NCBI GenBank assembly: GCA_013112575.1
Contig: JABFGG010000003.1
Location: forward strand, 152,898 to 216,897
Reading direction: 5' to 3'
From: Chloroflexota bacterium
GTDB lineage: Bacteria > Chloroflexota > Anaerolineae > Anaerolineales > UBA11579
DNA: 64,000 nt
Below the pieces are notes generated by a model. The model made no database searches and had not been told where the DNA came from. It saw only the letters and a list, made by a program, of their open reading frames with translations. This document shows, piece after piece, positions 18,766 through 28,214 of this stretch. The translations under genes and the position numbers were made by a program. Numbering within the stretch: the first letter of the stretch is position 1; each line of letters opens with the position of its first letter.

Positions 18766-19569
18766 ATGAGATCTGATGATCGCTTGGTTTTGACCTGTTT
18801 CGCAATCGTACTTGGATGTGGAGTTCTGATGGCATGCCTGGTAACGATGGGGAGCATAGGAATGATCGGGTGGACAGGCACAGTTCTGCAAGAGACATCG
18901 CAAGCCTACCAGACTAAAGCGGTCGAAACCGAGCAAGCTTACCAGGTAGATATCAAAGAAGCAGAAATGCTGTTTGATGAAGCTAAAGATTGGGAAGTTG
19001 TATTTAGTGATAGTTTTGATACAAATGAGAATGGCTGGGAGGATGACGCGTTTTCTTATGACTTGGTAGAAGGGGAGGTTGAGGTTGCCGATGGCAAGTA
19101 TTATTGGGATATGGAAGCCATTGAAGGTTTTATCTATTACGATTACCCTGAAATTGATGTTTTGGATGATTTTTACGTTGAAGTGGAGGCTGAACAATCT
19201 CGCGGTCCGGTCAATGGACAATACGGCTTAATATTTCTATATGCCAGCGGCAATTACTATTACTACTTTACAATCACTGAAGATCGCCGTTTTCAAGTTT
19301 ATCTACTCAGAGTCGGAAAGTGGGAAAGTATCATTCCACTCACTTTTAGTGAAGCGATCCAACCGGGAGAAAAGAATAAGCTGGCAATCATAGCAATAGA
19401 GGAAGACCTTTACTTTTATATCAACGACGCCTTCGTGCAATACGTTGGTAGTTCGTTATTGCTTCGCGGTCGAGTGGGGCTACTCACTGGTTTAAGGTTG
19501 GAAGGCGACACAGCTGAATTCGCGTTTGACAATTTTGAAGTGCGCGTACCGCCAGACGCGGGGGAATAA
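18766..19569 (+). CDS. membrane-anchored protein with C-terminal jelly-roll domain, paralog 4
   Basis: ATG at 18766 after AAGGAG. TM anchor LVLTCFAIVLGCGVLMACLV. Ends GRVGLLTGLRLEGDTAEFAFDNFEVRVPP. Confidence 0.65.
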   Translation: MRSDDRLVLTCFAIVLGCGVLMACLVTMGSIGMIGWTGTVLQETSQAYQTKAVETEQAYQVDIKEAEMLFDEAKDWEVVFSDSFDTNENGWEDDAFSYDLVEGEVEVADGKYYWDMEAIEGFIYYDYPEIDVLDDFYVEVEAEQSRGPVNGQYGLIFLYASGNYYYYFTITEDRRFQVYLLRVGKWESIIPLTFSEAIQPGEKNKLAIIAIEEDLYFYINDAFVQYVGSSLLLRGRVGLLTGLRLEGDTAEFAFDNFEVRVPPDAGE

Positions 19570-19582
19570 GGTTGGAAATTTC

Positions 19583-20062
19583 TTAGGCTTTCTCAGCGAG
19601 TTGTTCTTCAAGGTTAAAGAACCACACGCGTTCACCACGAAATAGTTCCTGTTCTGCATTCCAGGGGAAGAAGATCAAAACGTCAAATTCGACCGCTTTC
19701 CCCGAAGCATTATGGTGAAGCCATTTGCCTTCATGCGTGCCTGTAACGTGAGCTTCTTCAAAAACGCCTTGAGGTCCGATCACGATGTTTTGTAAATCAA
19801 AATGTACATCTGGGAAAGCTGTCAGTAATTCTGTATAGAAGCGCTCTGCCCCAGCGTGGCCGCGCCATTCAATTTCAGATTGAGGGATGGCATACACACA
19901 ATCTTCGGTGAGGGTGGCAATTAGGCCAGGGATGTCGCGGGCATCCTCTGCAACCGAATGGTCTCTCCACAAGCGGCGAATCTTTGTGAATTCATCTTTG
20001 TCGAGACGACGTCGCAGTTGGCTTAGGATATTGCTGTGGGCTTCGAGGGCAGGTTCACTCAT
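19583..20062 (-). CDS. SnoaL-like / NTF2-fold protein (ester cyclase-like)
   Basis: About 160 aa with a pattern typical of the SnoaL_2 family. Weak sequence-only call. Confidence 0.5.
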   Translation of the reverse strand: MSEPALEAHSNILSQLRRRLDKDEFTKIRRLWRDHSVAEDARDIPGLIATLTEDCVYAIPQSEIEWRGHAGAERFYTELLTAFPDVHFDLQNIVIGPQGVFEEAHVTGTHEGKWLHHNASGKAVEFDVLIFFPWNAEQELFRGERVWFFNLEEQLAEKA

Positions 20063-20123
20063 GGGGACTCCTTCTGAGGGCAGAGAGGTAAATCAAGCTT
20101 TCATTTTAACAGAGCAGAAAACG

Positions 20124-20155
20124 AAAAACGGGCTGCCATTTGGCAGCCCGTTTTT
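20124..20155 (-). terminator. rho-independent terminator after beta-helix gene 1
   Basis: AAAAACGGGCTGCC-ATTT-GGCAGCCCGTTTTT, a 14-bp stem with T-runs on both strands. Confidence 0.8.
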
Positions 20156-20160
20156 ATGAC

Positions 20161-22317
20161 TTAGGGGCAGATCACTTGTTGTTGCTGATTGAGATAACAG
20201 GGGATGGGTGTGTCCTCCGGTGCGGGCCGGTCGGATGTGGGCTTTGGTGTGGGGGTGGGTGGCTGCGGGACAGTAATCAGGCGCATCTCACTGAATGGAA
20301 TGCTGGGCGTGACGTCATCGCTATCCAGCCAGCAGTTGGTGTTGGCTACGTTGGGGTGAGAAGCTACCAGCCAATCTTGATTGCCATTGCCGGTGAAACC
20401 AGCACCGATCAATTGCGTTGATACACCCGAAGCTAAATTGCTGACGAGGCCATATTGCGGCCCAGGGCCGTTGTAACAGGGTGTAGTTGTAATGATGGTT
20501 ACTGTGCTGGGGCCGCCGGGTGTGGGGGTGCCGATGACAATGTCTGGGTCTTCCAGGGTCAGGAGGCTGGCACCAGTTTCGTAAGCGCCCGCATCACAAC
20601 TTGCTCCAACCGGGCGGCCAAAAGTACGTTGATCTTCCCCTAAACAAGAGCCGACCACGATGTCTACGGCTTCACTATCTGGGTCCAGGGCCAGGGTCCA
20701 GGTTTCGCCGCCATTGTCAGCCAGTGGGCCAATGCGCAATTCGGCGGGGGTAAAAGTCTCCGGGAAACCGCAGGTAGCATCGGAATCAACATTAGTGCCC
20801 TGTAGCGGGAAAGGAATGGCGCTGGGGCCGCTGCTGATGTTGCAGTCATCTAGACCATTTTCGGCGGCTAAGATACTGCGCACGAGGCTGACAGTATTTC
20901 CCCCCCTGAAGGCGGAAAGGCCAGATTCCCCGTTACGGGCGAGGGTGACAAAGCGCATAGCCAGGTCGCCATCGACTGCAATAATGCCGCTGTTGGTGTT
21001 TCCGGTGCTGGTTGAATTCAGCATGGTCATGTCGCCACGGTTTTCGATGCCGTCAAGTTCATTGTCGGCGATAAGGCTGCGATTGATGTAGGCTCGGGCG
21101 AGCGTGCCATTGTAGATGCCAGCATTACCGCCGTCATTCGCTCTGATGGTAGAGTCGAGAACCACTAAGTCGCCCGTTTCTGTCTGGTTCAGGATGCCGC
21201 CATTATGGTTATTTTCGATCAAGGAAGAATAAACGCGCAGCCAGCCCCGGCTTCCAATGCCGCCACCCAGGCTGGTGCCAGCATAGAAAGAGGCATTGTC
21301 GCGAACGGTGACCTCTTCAAGTGTGGCTTCGCTGGTTTCATCAATGAGGATGCCTGTGCGCGGGTTACTGTAAACGTTTCCTCCATTCATGGTGAGAATG
21401 GCATCGTCACTTAGTACGATACCCTCTTCATTCTCGAAGACATCTGTGTTTGTCAGGGTCGCTAAGCCCCCATCGATCCACAGGCCGGGATGATTCATGC
21501 TAAGGATATTGCCGTGCCCGCTGATATCTACACCCGTCAGGTTAGCGGTACCACTACTATAGACACCATAGGTGCCATTGTCCCTGACGATAGTGCCATT
21601 CATGGCCAGCAGGCCAGCGCTGCTGACCCCTGACATATAGTTGTTGGCAACTTCGCCACCCTGAATGTCCAGGTTGCCGCCAGAAACCCCGGCCCCGAAA
21701 GAGCCCTCAAGCTGAGTGGTGCCTGTCACATTTACGTTGATGAGCGTAACTAGGCCGGAACTGGAACTGCGGATGCCGTTGCCAATGCTGTCGACTACAT
21801 TGACATCTTCAACTATCACATCGGCGTTACCGCGAATTTCAATACCACTGCCGGGAGAATTGCCTGAGGCATTCTGGACTGTGAGATCTTCGATACGCAC
21901 GCGGGCGTCACCTGAAGCATAAAAAACTCCATACAATCCGCCGCCATCAATGAAGGTGCTGTCGCGGCCAGCTCCGGTAATGATCAAATTGTAGTCAATG
22001 CCCAGGGCGCTGGAACCTTCACGGAAACCTGTTTCAGGATAGGTTCCGGCAGCAATGAAGATTTGATCGTCATCGTCTGAGCGGGAAACGGCCTCTTGTA
22101 CAGTCAGGCAGGGGTCGTCAATGAAGGCACAGGAATTGCTGTCATCACCATCTGTGGCAACATACCACAAAGATGACTCTCGTTCTTCAGAAATGCCCGG
22201 TGTAGGGGTGCTGGTAGGCAAATTGCCCAGGATGTCCCGGGCCAGGTCCAATGGGCCGCAGGCCAGGGCTGTGAGCGTCATGGCGAAGACGCTGATGATA
22301 AGCTTTTTCTTGTACAT
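20161..22317 (-). CDS. right-handed parallel beta-helix lipoprotein with choice-of-anchor-Q-like region and C-terminal SH3-like/PT-linker/Cys-loop module (H1)
   Basis: Lipobox LTALAC. Many beta-helix repeats (N.A..GGGI-like turns). LADNGGETWTLAL...GEDQRTFGRPVGASCDAGAYE. The C-terminal approx 105 aa is shared with H2 and the sigma fusion. Confidence 0.8.
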   Translation of the reverse strand: MYKKKLIISVFAMTLTALACGPLDLARDILGNLPTSTPTPGISEERESSLWYVATDGDDSNSCAFIDDPCLTVQEAVSRSDDDDQIFIAAGTYPETGFREGSSALGIDYNLIITGAGRDSTFIDGGGLYGVFYASGDARVRIEDLTVQNASGNSPGSGIEIRGNADVIVEDVNVVDSIGNGIRSSSSGLVTLINVNVTGTTQLEGSFGAGVSGGNLDIQGGEVANNYMSGVSSAGLLAMNGTIVRDNGTYGVYSSGTANLTGVDISGHGNILSMNHPGLWIDGGLATLTNTDVFENEEGIVLSDDAILTMNGGNVYSNPRTGILIDETSEATLEEVTVRDNASFYAGTSLGGGIGSRGWLRVYSSLIENNHNGGILNQTETGDLVVLDSTIRANDGGNAGIYNGTLARAYINRSLIADNELDGIENRGDMTMLNSTSTGNTNSGIIAVDGDLAMRFVTLARNGESGLSAFRGGNTVSLVRSILAAENGLDDCNISSGPSAIPFPLQGTNVDSDATCGFPETFTPAELRIGPLADNGGETWTLALDPDSEAVDIVVGSCLGEDQRTFGRPVGASCDAGAYETGASLLTLEDPDIVIGTPTPGGPSTVTIITTTPCYNGPGPQYGLVSNLASGVSTQLIGAGFTGNGNQDWLVASHPNVANTNCWLDSDDVTPSIPFSEMRLITVPQPPTPTPKPTSDRPAPEDTPIPCYLNQQQQVICP

Positions 22318-22351
22318 GGTTTAGATCCTCTCTCTCGTGAGTTCTACTTAA

Positions 22352-22380
22352 TAAACGTATTCAGGTCAAATTTGTTATCA
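22352..22380 (-). promoter_or_regulatory. candidate ECF-type promoter TGATAAC-N16-CGTTTA for H1
   Basis: The reverse complement of 22374-22380 is TGATAAC and of 22352-22357 is CGTTTA. Lies about 35 nt upstream of the ATG. Confidence 0.45.
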
Positions 22381-22422
22381 ATTTTCTGTGCAGTATTACG
22401 TGTAGATGATTGATCTACTTTG

Positions 22423-23196
22423 TTACTTCTTCGTGAAAATGTGCCCGCAAAGGGGAGTTGTTGCAGAACCGAAGGGTGGTGAACCCAACCAGATATCGCT
22501 CAAAATCAGACGGCCTTGATCATCGATCAGGTAGGTTCCGGTGCCGTCGATGTTCTCGGGGAGATAATTGACGCCATCAGCTTGAATTTTGATGGTCTCT
22601 GTATCAAAACTGTATTCTCCGACATAATCGATGTAGGCTTCAAAGGGCCGCCAGGTGACACTGAGGCTGCCGTCGGCAGAGAAGATGAGTTCGCCAATGG
22701 GTTCCTCTACTGAGGTTTCATCGTAAGTGTCACATGTTTGTTGGGCCTTCTCTGTCCAGATGCCGACGAGCGGGTTGCCATCTAAGGAATAAACGGTGAC
22801 CTTTTCTTCGAAGACCTGCTGGCCTGAGGAAACAGAGGCTTGTACAGTGAAAGTCGCTCCGTTACCGACTTCGTCATCGGCAGTTAACAAACCGGTTTGT
22901 GTATCGATCTCGACTCCCTTTGGGGCATCTGCCAGAGACCAGTCTGCACTGGCTTCCACTGTTTCCCAGAATACACAACATTCAAGGGTAGCAAGCCTTA
23001 ATTCCAGTTGTCCGCCTGCTTCGATTTGCAGATTGCCACTTACGGGTGGACCTTCGATCTTTTGGGGGACTATTGAGATGGCCTCTGCATTCTCAAGGGT
23101 CGGTTGGGCGACCTGGCCGACTGAAGAACATGCCAGGGTGGCTACCAACAGTGCCAAAATGCTGATCCAATACCTTTTTATATAGATTGCTTTCAT
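22423..23196 (-). CDS. lipoprotein of unknown function, downstream of H2
   Basis: ATG at 23194-23196 after GAGGAGA. Signal/lipobox LLVATLACSS. The track start at 23265 adds an unlikely 23-aa extension. Confidence 0.6.
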   Translation of the reverse strand: MKAIYIKRYWISILALLVATLACSSVGQVAQPTLENAEAISIVPQKIEGPPVSGNLQIEAGGQLELRLATLECCVFWETVEASADWSLADAPKGVEIDTQTGLLTADDEVGNGATFTVQASVSSGQQVFEEKVTVYSLDGNPLVGIWTEKAQQTCDTYDETSVEEPIGELIFSADGSLSVTWRPFEAYIDYVGEYSFDTETIKIQADGVNYLPENIDGTGTYLIDDQGRLILSDIWLGSPPFGSATTPLCGHIFTKK

Positions 23197-23268
23197 GTTT
23201 AAACTCTCCTCTGCTCTAAAGGTAAACCCTTTTAGGAAGAATTTGTAACAGTTCTTGAGGGCCATAGC

Positions 23269-25479
23269 CTAGCAGGTGGGCACGCCGTTGCCGTTCAAGG
23301 GACACGGAGTAGGATCTTTGGCCGGTTCACGCGTCTCGTCCGGGGTAGGGAGGGGCGTGGGTGTGGGGCGGGCGGGAACGGTTATCAAGCGCATTTCGCC
23401 CAGTGGGATGCCAGTCGTGACGTTGTCGCCGGGCAGCCAGCAATTGACATTTTCGGCTGTAGGATGCGTGCCTACTACCCAGGCCTGATTGCCATTGCCG
23501 GTAAAACCTGCGCCGACCAATTCCATGGTGGTGCCTGCCGAGAAGTTATTGACAAAGCCCCAATCCGGGCCGGGGCCTGTGTAGCAGGGGGTGTCGGGGA
23601 TAAGCACGGTAATAGTAGTGGCGCCTCCCGGCTCTTCTTCGGCTGCTGTTGCAGGCGCCGCAGCAACAGCACCAGTCTCGTAAGCACCTACATCGCAACC
23701 TGCACCTACAGGTCGACCAAAATCACGCTGGTCTATAGGAGGACAGCTTCCGGTAGCAGCGTCGATGGCAGGGCTACTGGCTAACAAAGCATGAGTCATG
23801 GTCAGGCCGCCATTATCTGCCAATCCACCAAGGAGCAGGGCTGTGGGGGAATAGGTGGCTTCTACGCCGCAAGAGCCATCTGTATCGATGTTGACGCCGG
23901 AAGTAGTGCTGCCCTCCAGGCTAAGGAGGTTGATGCAGTCACTGGGAGCGTTGCGGGCGATGATGGTGTTGTCGACGTTGATGCCGGAAGTCAAAATGCC
24001 GAACTGGGTGTTCTCGGCGATGGTGGAGTAGGAGATCGTGGAATTGCCCCATAAGTATGCTCCCAACCCATTATTGTTGCTGATGGTGGTGTTGAGAATC
24101 CGAATCTCTCCGTCGCCTTCTACGCCTGCCCTGAAGCCCTCACCCGCAGCACCCTCAAGGGAGTTGTGCGCGATGAGGCTGTTATCGATGTGGAGAATGC
24201 CACCCAAGTTATAGATGGCGGGATAAGGCTCTTCGGGGTATACACTAGAGTAAAGGACATTGGTATAGCTCATATCCACAGTGCCGGTGGAATCATTTCT
24301 GATGGCTCCATCGCGATTGCGGAGCAATTCACTGTGGGTTATGGTCAGTGCCCCAAAATTGCTGATCGTCCAATTGCGCGGGCCGAGGGTGCCATTGTTC
24401 TCGAAGGTAGTCCCTTCAACGGTTGCCGACCCAGTGTCGGAGATGGAAAGGGCGGTTCCTGGATGATCGCGAACCGTGCTATCGATTAAGGTCAGGCTGC
24501 CGCCGGGGGAGACGTGGATGCCCCTATCGTTCTCCCGGATATTGCTGTTGTCGATCTGCATGGTGCTGTGGGTATCGATGCCGTAAAGATTGGCAGGCGC
24601 AAGATGGTTGTGGTGAACTCCAACAAAACTCAATTGCGCCGTCCCCATGCGGTGTTCGAGCCCCGCGAACTGATTCTGGGTCAGGGTCGTGCCTGTCAGG
24701 CTGATATTGCCCCAATTGAATATGCCAGTCTTATCGTTAGCAGCGATCTCCCCTCCATCGACGGTCATATCACCGAAATTGAGGATGCCGTGCTCGTGCC
24801 AGGTGCTCTCTGCCGGGCCGAAGCCCAGACCGTGTGCCCCGCTGATGTTGACGTTGATCAGCTCAACAGGCCCACTGCCGCGGTTCTCCACACCATTGCC
24901 AACGCAATCCACGAGGTTGACATCGACAACGCGTATTTCTGCGGTGGAGGTTTCCCCAATGTCGATGCAGTCACGTGCATTTTGTAGGGTCAGGTCCCGA
25001 ATAATGATGCGGCCTGCGCCGTCTATGGGGAAACCATTACTAACTTCGCCATCCACTCTGCGGTTAATGATGGTTGAGTCTGTGCCGGCGCCCATGATGG
25101 TGATGTTTCCCTCAAGTGAGCGGTAATAACTGTCATCCATCGTGTAGGTGCCTGGGCCAATGCGGACCACATGGTGGTTACGGCCTTCGGGGTCTGTCAC
25201 CGACAGAGCCAGACTAAGCGCGCGACCAACCGTTGCGCAAGGTGCAGGTTGGCAGTTGTTGAGATCTGATCCATCCGTGGCAACATGCCATTCCTGGATG
25301 AACAAATCGATGCCACCAACCGGTTCAGGTGGCGGACCACTTACCAGGGTCGGCGGCACGTCGATGATTGGCAATGGCGTTGGGCCTCCCAAAGTGCGAG
25401 GCATGTTGCAGGCTGTGAGTACCAATAATGTCAGAATGGCAATAGCAAAACTAAATTTCTTCTTGTAGGCAGGGTTCAT
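23269..25479 (-). CDS. right-handed parallel beta-helix lipoprotein, paralog of H1 (H2)
   Basis: Lipobox LVLTAC, beta-helix repeats, LADNGGLTMTHAL...IDQRDFGRPVGAGCDVGAYE, and the same C-terminal module as H1. Confidence 0.8.
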   Translation of the reverse strand: MNPAYKKKFSFAIAILTLLVLTACNMPRTLGGPTPLPIIDVPPTLVSGPPPEPVGGIDLFIQEWHVATDGSDLNNCQPAPCATVGRALSLALSVTDPEGRNHHVVRIGPGTYTMDDSYYRSLEGNITIMGAGTDSTIINRRVDGEVSNGFPIDGAGRIIIRDLTLQNARDCIDIGETSTAEIRVVDVNLVDCVGNGVENRGSGPVELINVNISGAHGLGFGPAESTWHEHGILNFGDMTVDGGEIAANDKTGIFNWGNISLTGTTLTQNQFAGLEHRMGTAQLSFVGVHHNHLAPANLYGIDTHSTMQIDNSNIRENDRGIHVSPGGSLTLIDSTVRDHPGTALSISDTGSATVEGTTFENNGTLGPRNWTISNFGALTITHSELLRNRDGAIRNDSTGTVDMSYTNVLYSSVYPEEPYPAIYNLGGILHIDNSLIAHNSLEGAAGEGFRAGVEGDGEIRILNTTISNNNGLGAYLWGNSTISYSTIAENTQFGILTSGINVDNTIIARNAPSDCINLLSLEGSTTSGVNIDTDGSCGVEATYSPTALLLGGLADNGGLTMTHALLASSPAIDAATGSCPPIDQRDFGRPVGAGCDVGAYETGAVAAAPATAAEEEPGGATTITVLIPDTPCYTGPGPDWGFVNNFSAGTTMELVGAGFTGNGNQAWVVGTHPTAENVNCWLPGDNVTTGIPLGEMRLITVPARPTPTPLPTPDETREPAKDPTPCPLNGNGVPTC

Positions 25480-25514
25480 GGGTTAGATCCTCTCTCTCGT
25501 TAGGTTCTGAGTAA

Positions 25515-25543
25515 TAAACGTAATAAGGGCCAAATAGTTATCA
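25515..25543 (-). promoter_or_regulatory. candidate ECF-type promoter TGATAAC-N16-CGTTTA for H2
   Basis: Same motif and spacing as upstream of H1. The about 70-nt leaders of H1 and H2 are nearly identical. Confidence 0.45.
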
Positions 25544-25819
25544 TTTTTCTTGTTTCCTGACATCTTTGGGTGATTTGACAGTGATCTTGATCTCAATAGA
25601 TGTGTCCTCATTCTCGTTCTTCTCCACTACATGATGGCGAAAAGTGTAGTTTCCAGTTTGATTTGTTTGTTGTTCTAAAAAGTCCAAAAGTTCGTAAATA
25701 GAGGCAAAATTGTTTCGTTCCTCTTTCCCTGGCTCTTCCAGCGAGGCTCGCCAAACTAACTGACCTTGTTCTTCAAGCTGCCATAAGCGCAGCATATAAG
25801 CCAGATAATCAGGCGGCAC
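25541..25819 (-). CDS. small hypothetical protein (LRLWQ...WRASLE...FASIYELLDFLEQQ motif)
   Basis: 92-aa ORF with a GTG start and no clear RBS. The N-terminal motif recalls a small conserved-hypothetical family, from memory only. Confidence 0.35.
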   Translation of the reverse strand: MPPDYLAYMLRLWQLEEQGQLVWRASLEEPGKEERNNFASIYELLDFLEQQTNQTGNYTFRHHVVEKNENEDTSIEIKITVKSPKDVRKQEK

Positions 25820-25948
25820 TTGAGAATACCAACTTGCTGTTAATCAGTGCCGGGTTGCAAAATGCTACAATATGTTGGTTAGGCGATGCAATTCTCATAG
25901 TCATTTGGCCAAAATTGTTGCGTGAATTGCAGTATAAATACCAAAACA

Positions 25949-25991
25949 GCGTTTCCAAAGGATTGCCAGGGCGTTTCCAACGCGTTTAAAA
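25949..25991 (+). promoter_or_regulatory. three phased direct repeats GCGTTTCCAA / GCGTTTCCAA / GCGTTTAAAA (22-bp and 11-bp spacing)
   Basis: Repeat starts at 25949, 25971 and 25982, read directly. Lies immediately upstream of the SARP/BTAD regulator start. Confidence 0.4.
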
Positions 25992-26003
25992 CCGAATCAT
26001 TTT

Positions 26004-28043
26004 ATGGAAGAAAAAGCGATAAGCATCCGTTTACTGGGATCATTCCAGGCTGAGTTGGGCGAAGGGCAGAAAGCCACATTTCGTTCCGATAGTGAACGCG
26101 CCCTATTGGCATTTCTCCTGATGGAAAAAGATCGCCCGCATCGCAGAGAGAGCCTGGGGGCTTTACTGTGGCCAGAAGTTAGCGAAAAACAAGCGCGCAA
26201 CAATTTGAGGGTGGCTTTACACCGCATGCGCCAGACGATGGAGGCCAATGGGCGGGAAGTCGTAATTGCCAACAACCGCGAACTGCAATTTAATGAAGAT
26301 GCGGATGTATGGTTGGATGTGTGGGCTTTTGAAGATGCCTTGCAGTCCGTGGAGTCTCATGACCATAAGGGCCTGGAAAGTTGTGTCAAGTGCCAGGAAA
26401 AACTCAGTGAAGCTGTTGAGCTTTACCGTGGCCCCTTTTTGCAGGGCTTCATGCTGGAAGATAGCCAGCCTTTCCTTGAATGGGTAGTTTTAAAGCAAGA
26501 ATGGTTACACCGCCAGGCATTGGAAACACTGGCAATACTTGCTGATGTACACGTGGCTTTGGAAGATTATGAGAAGGCAGAAGCCTTTGCGCGACGCCAA
26601 CTGACTCTGGAGCCCTGGAGAGAAGAGGCACATCGCCAACTGATGCATGCTCTGGCTCTGCGAGGTGAACGCAGTGCGGCGTTGGCACAATATGAAAGCT
26701 GCCGGGCTGTTCTGGAAGAAGAGTTGGGCGCGCCGCCTTCCGATACGACTGAGAAGCTTGTAGAAAGAATCCGTAGTGGAGAAGGTTATAGTGAAGAGCA
26801 AAGGGGTAGTACGAGAGTTAAACGAAAAGTTGAATTGACTGCAAGCACACGAGGATTCGACCGCCGTTGGCTTGTTGGCATAGCAGGAGTTGTTTTGTTG
26901 GTTGTGTTGGGTATTGTTGGCTTCGGAAGCATTTGGAGTAATTCCAAAAATGAAAAAAGGGGAGGGATTGCCTGGGAGTTTGAAGATGCGGGCGATACAG
27001 AAGGTTGGGTGCCTTTATATGACCTTGGCCCTTTGACCGTAAGAAGAGGACAACTGCATATCAATTCAACGGGTGATGACCCTTATTTATATATCCCGGA
27101 AGGTGTGGCATTCGATGCTCGAGAGCATCCGTTAATAGAGATGCGGATGAAAGTGTCTGATGGATATGTGGCCCAGGTGTTTTTCCACAATGAAGGTGAA
27201 ATTGATTTTGTGGAGGACAAATCTCAAGTTTTCCCCATTGTCCCAGACGGGGAGTTTCACACTTATATGCTTGATATGTCTGCACAGGATGGGTGGCAGG
27301 GTATGATCAGTGGGCTGCGCCTTGACCCCACGGATACAGTGGCTTCCGTGGAAATTGACTATATCCGCATTGTTCCCAAGGTAGAGGCGGAGAGCGCAGG
27401 TTTAATTGGGGGAAACGTGTATGACAATTTCAACGAACTGGGCTTCGATGGAGCCTATGATTCGGGCAAGTGGATCGAGCCGGATTGGCCGGGGTTAAAA
27501 TGTGAGATCTTCCAGCAAGATGGTGTGTTGCGGGCCTCTAATCATGAATCATTGATGGGATCGGGATGCACTTTTCGAGCCAAGCGACCGCTGGCAGTTG
27601 CTGGCGGTGAATTGGGCGATTATGCGGCAGATCTTCAACTGCTTGATACTCACAATGGCGGCTTTGCAGGGACCGTGTTGCGCATAACGACTGAGTTTGA
27701 AGGCGGGGGCTGGGCGGCGAGTTGTGGAATATTGGCGGATTTTGATGCCCTGAACGTGCAGTTTGACGTCAGCGATGCGCGGCTTAGCGAAGACGATTTT
27801 TTGTATCAGGCGAACCTTCCGGCTGACTACAATACCTGGTACGAAGTTGTGCTGCAAATTGATGAAGGGGCAAAGCGAATTACGTGCATGGTGGATGGAC
27901 AGGTTGTTGGGGAATACCTGCCCGAGAATGCTACCGAACTGGCTTCCGCTCTGATGAATCGCGAACTCGGTGTGTGGCACGAAACAGATGCTATGGCCAC
28001 CACGCTAATCGATGATGTCGAAATCCAAGTGAATTCAAGATAG
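26004..28043 (+). CDS. membrane-anchored SARP/BTAD-family transcriptional regulator with extracytoplasmic LamG/jelly-roll-like sensor region
   Basis: OmpR-type winged helix (IRLLGSFQAELGEG...LRVALHRMRQ), BTAD (LYRGPFL...EEAHRQLMHALALRGERSAALAQYESCRAVLEEELG), one TM helix (WLVGIAGVVLLVVLGIVGF), then about 370 aa outside. Confidence 0.75.
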   Translation: MEEKAISIRLLGSFQAELGEGQKATFRSDSERALLAFLLMEKDRPHRRESLGALLWPEVSEKQARNNLRVALHRMRQTMEANGREVVIANNRELQFNEDADVWLDVWAFEDALQSVESHDHKGLESCVKCQEKLSEAVELYRGPFLQGFMLEDSQPFLEWVVLKQEWLHRQALETLAILADVHVALEDYEKAEAFARRQLTLEPWREEAHRQLMHALALRGERSAALAQYESCRAVLEEELGAPPSDTTEKLVERIRSGEGYSEEQRGSTRVKRKVELTASTRGFDRRWLVGIAGVVLLVVLGIVGFGSIWSNSKNEKRGGIAWEFEDAGDTEGWVPLYDLGPLTVRRGQLHINSTGDDPYLYIPEGVAFDAREHPLIEMRMKVSDGYVAQVFFHNEGEIDFVEDKSQVFPIVPDGEFHTYMLDMSAQDGWQGMISGLRLDPTDTVASVEIDYIRIVPKVEAESAGLIGGNVYDNFNELGFDGAYDSGKWIEPDWPGLKCEIFQQDGVLRASNHESLMGSGCTFRAKRPLAVAGGELGDYAADLQLLDTHNGGFAGTVLRITTEFEGGGWAASCGILADFDALNVQFDVSDARLSEDDFLYQANLPADYNTWYEVVLQIDEGAKRITCMVDGQVVGEYLPENATELASALMNRELGVWHETDAMATTLIDDVEIQVNSR

Positions 28044-28214
28044 CAAAAAAGAGCTAGCCCATCATTGAAAATATAAGTCCCCCTTTTGAGATAGAGTGAT
28101 TCTAAACTGGGTATTTGAGAGCTTCCTCGCTACGCTCGGAATGACAGCTTTAGGTTCTGCAAGAAGTTTGTACCCCAAATGGTAACGGGAGCAACTAGCT
28201 GGATAAGTTTAGTA

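Noticed and set aside
18721-19221. 166-aa minus-strand ORF
   Set aside because: Antisense to the paralog-4 jelly-roll gene, whose frame is supported by family similarity.
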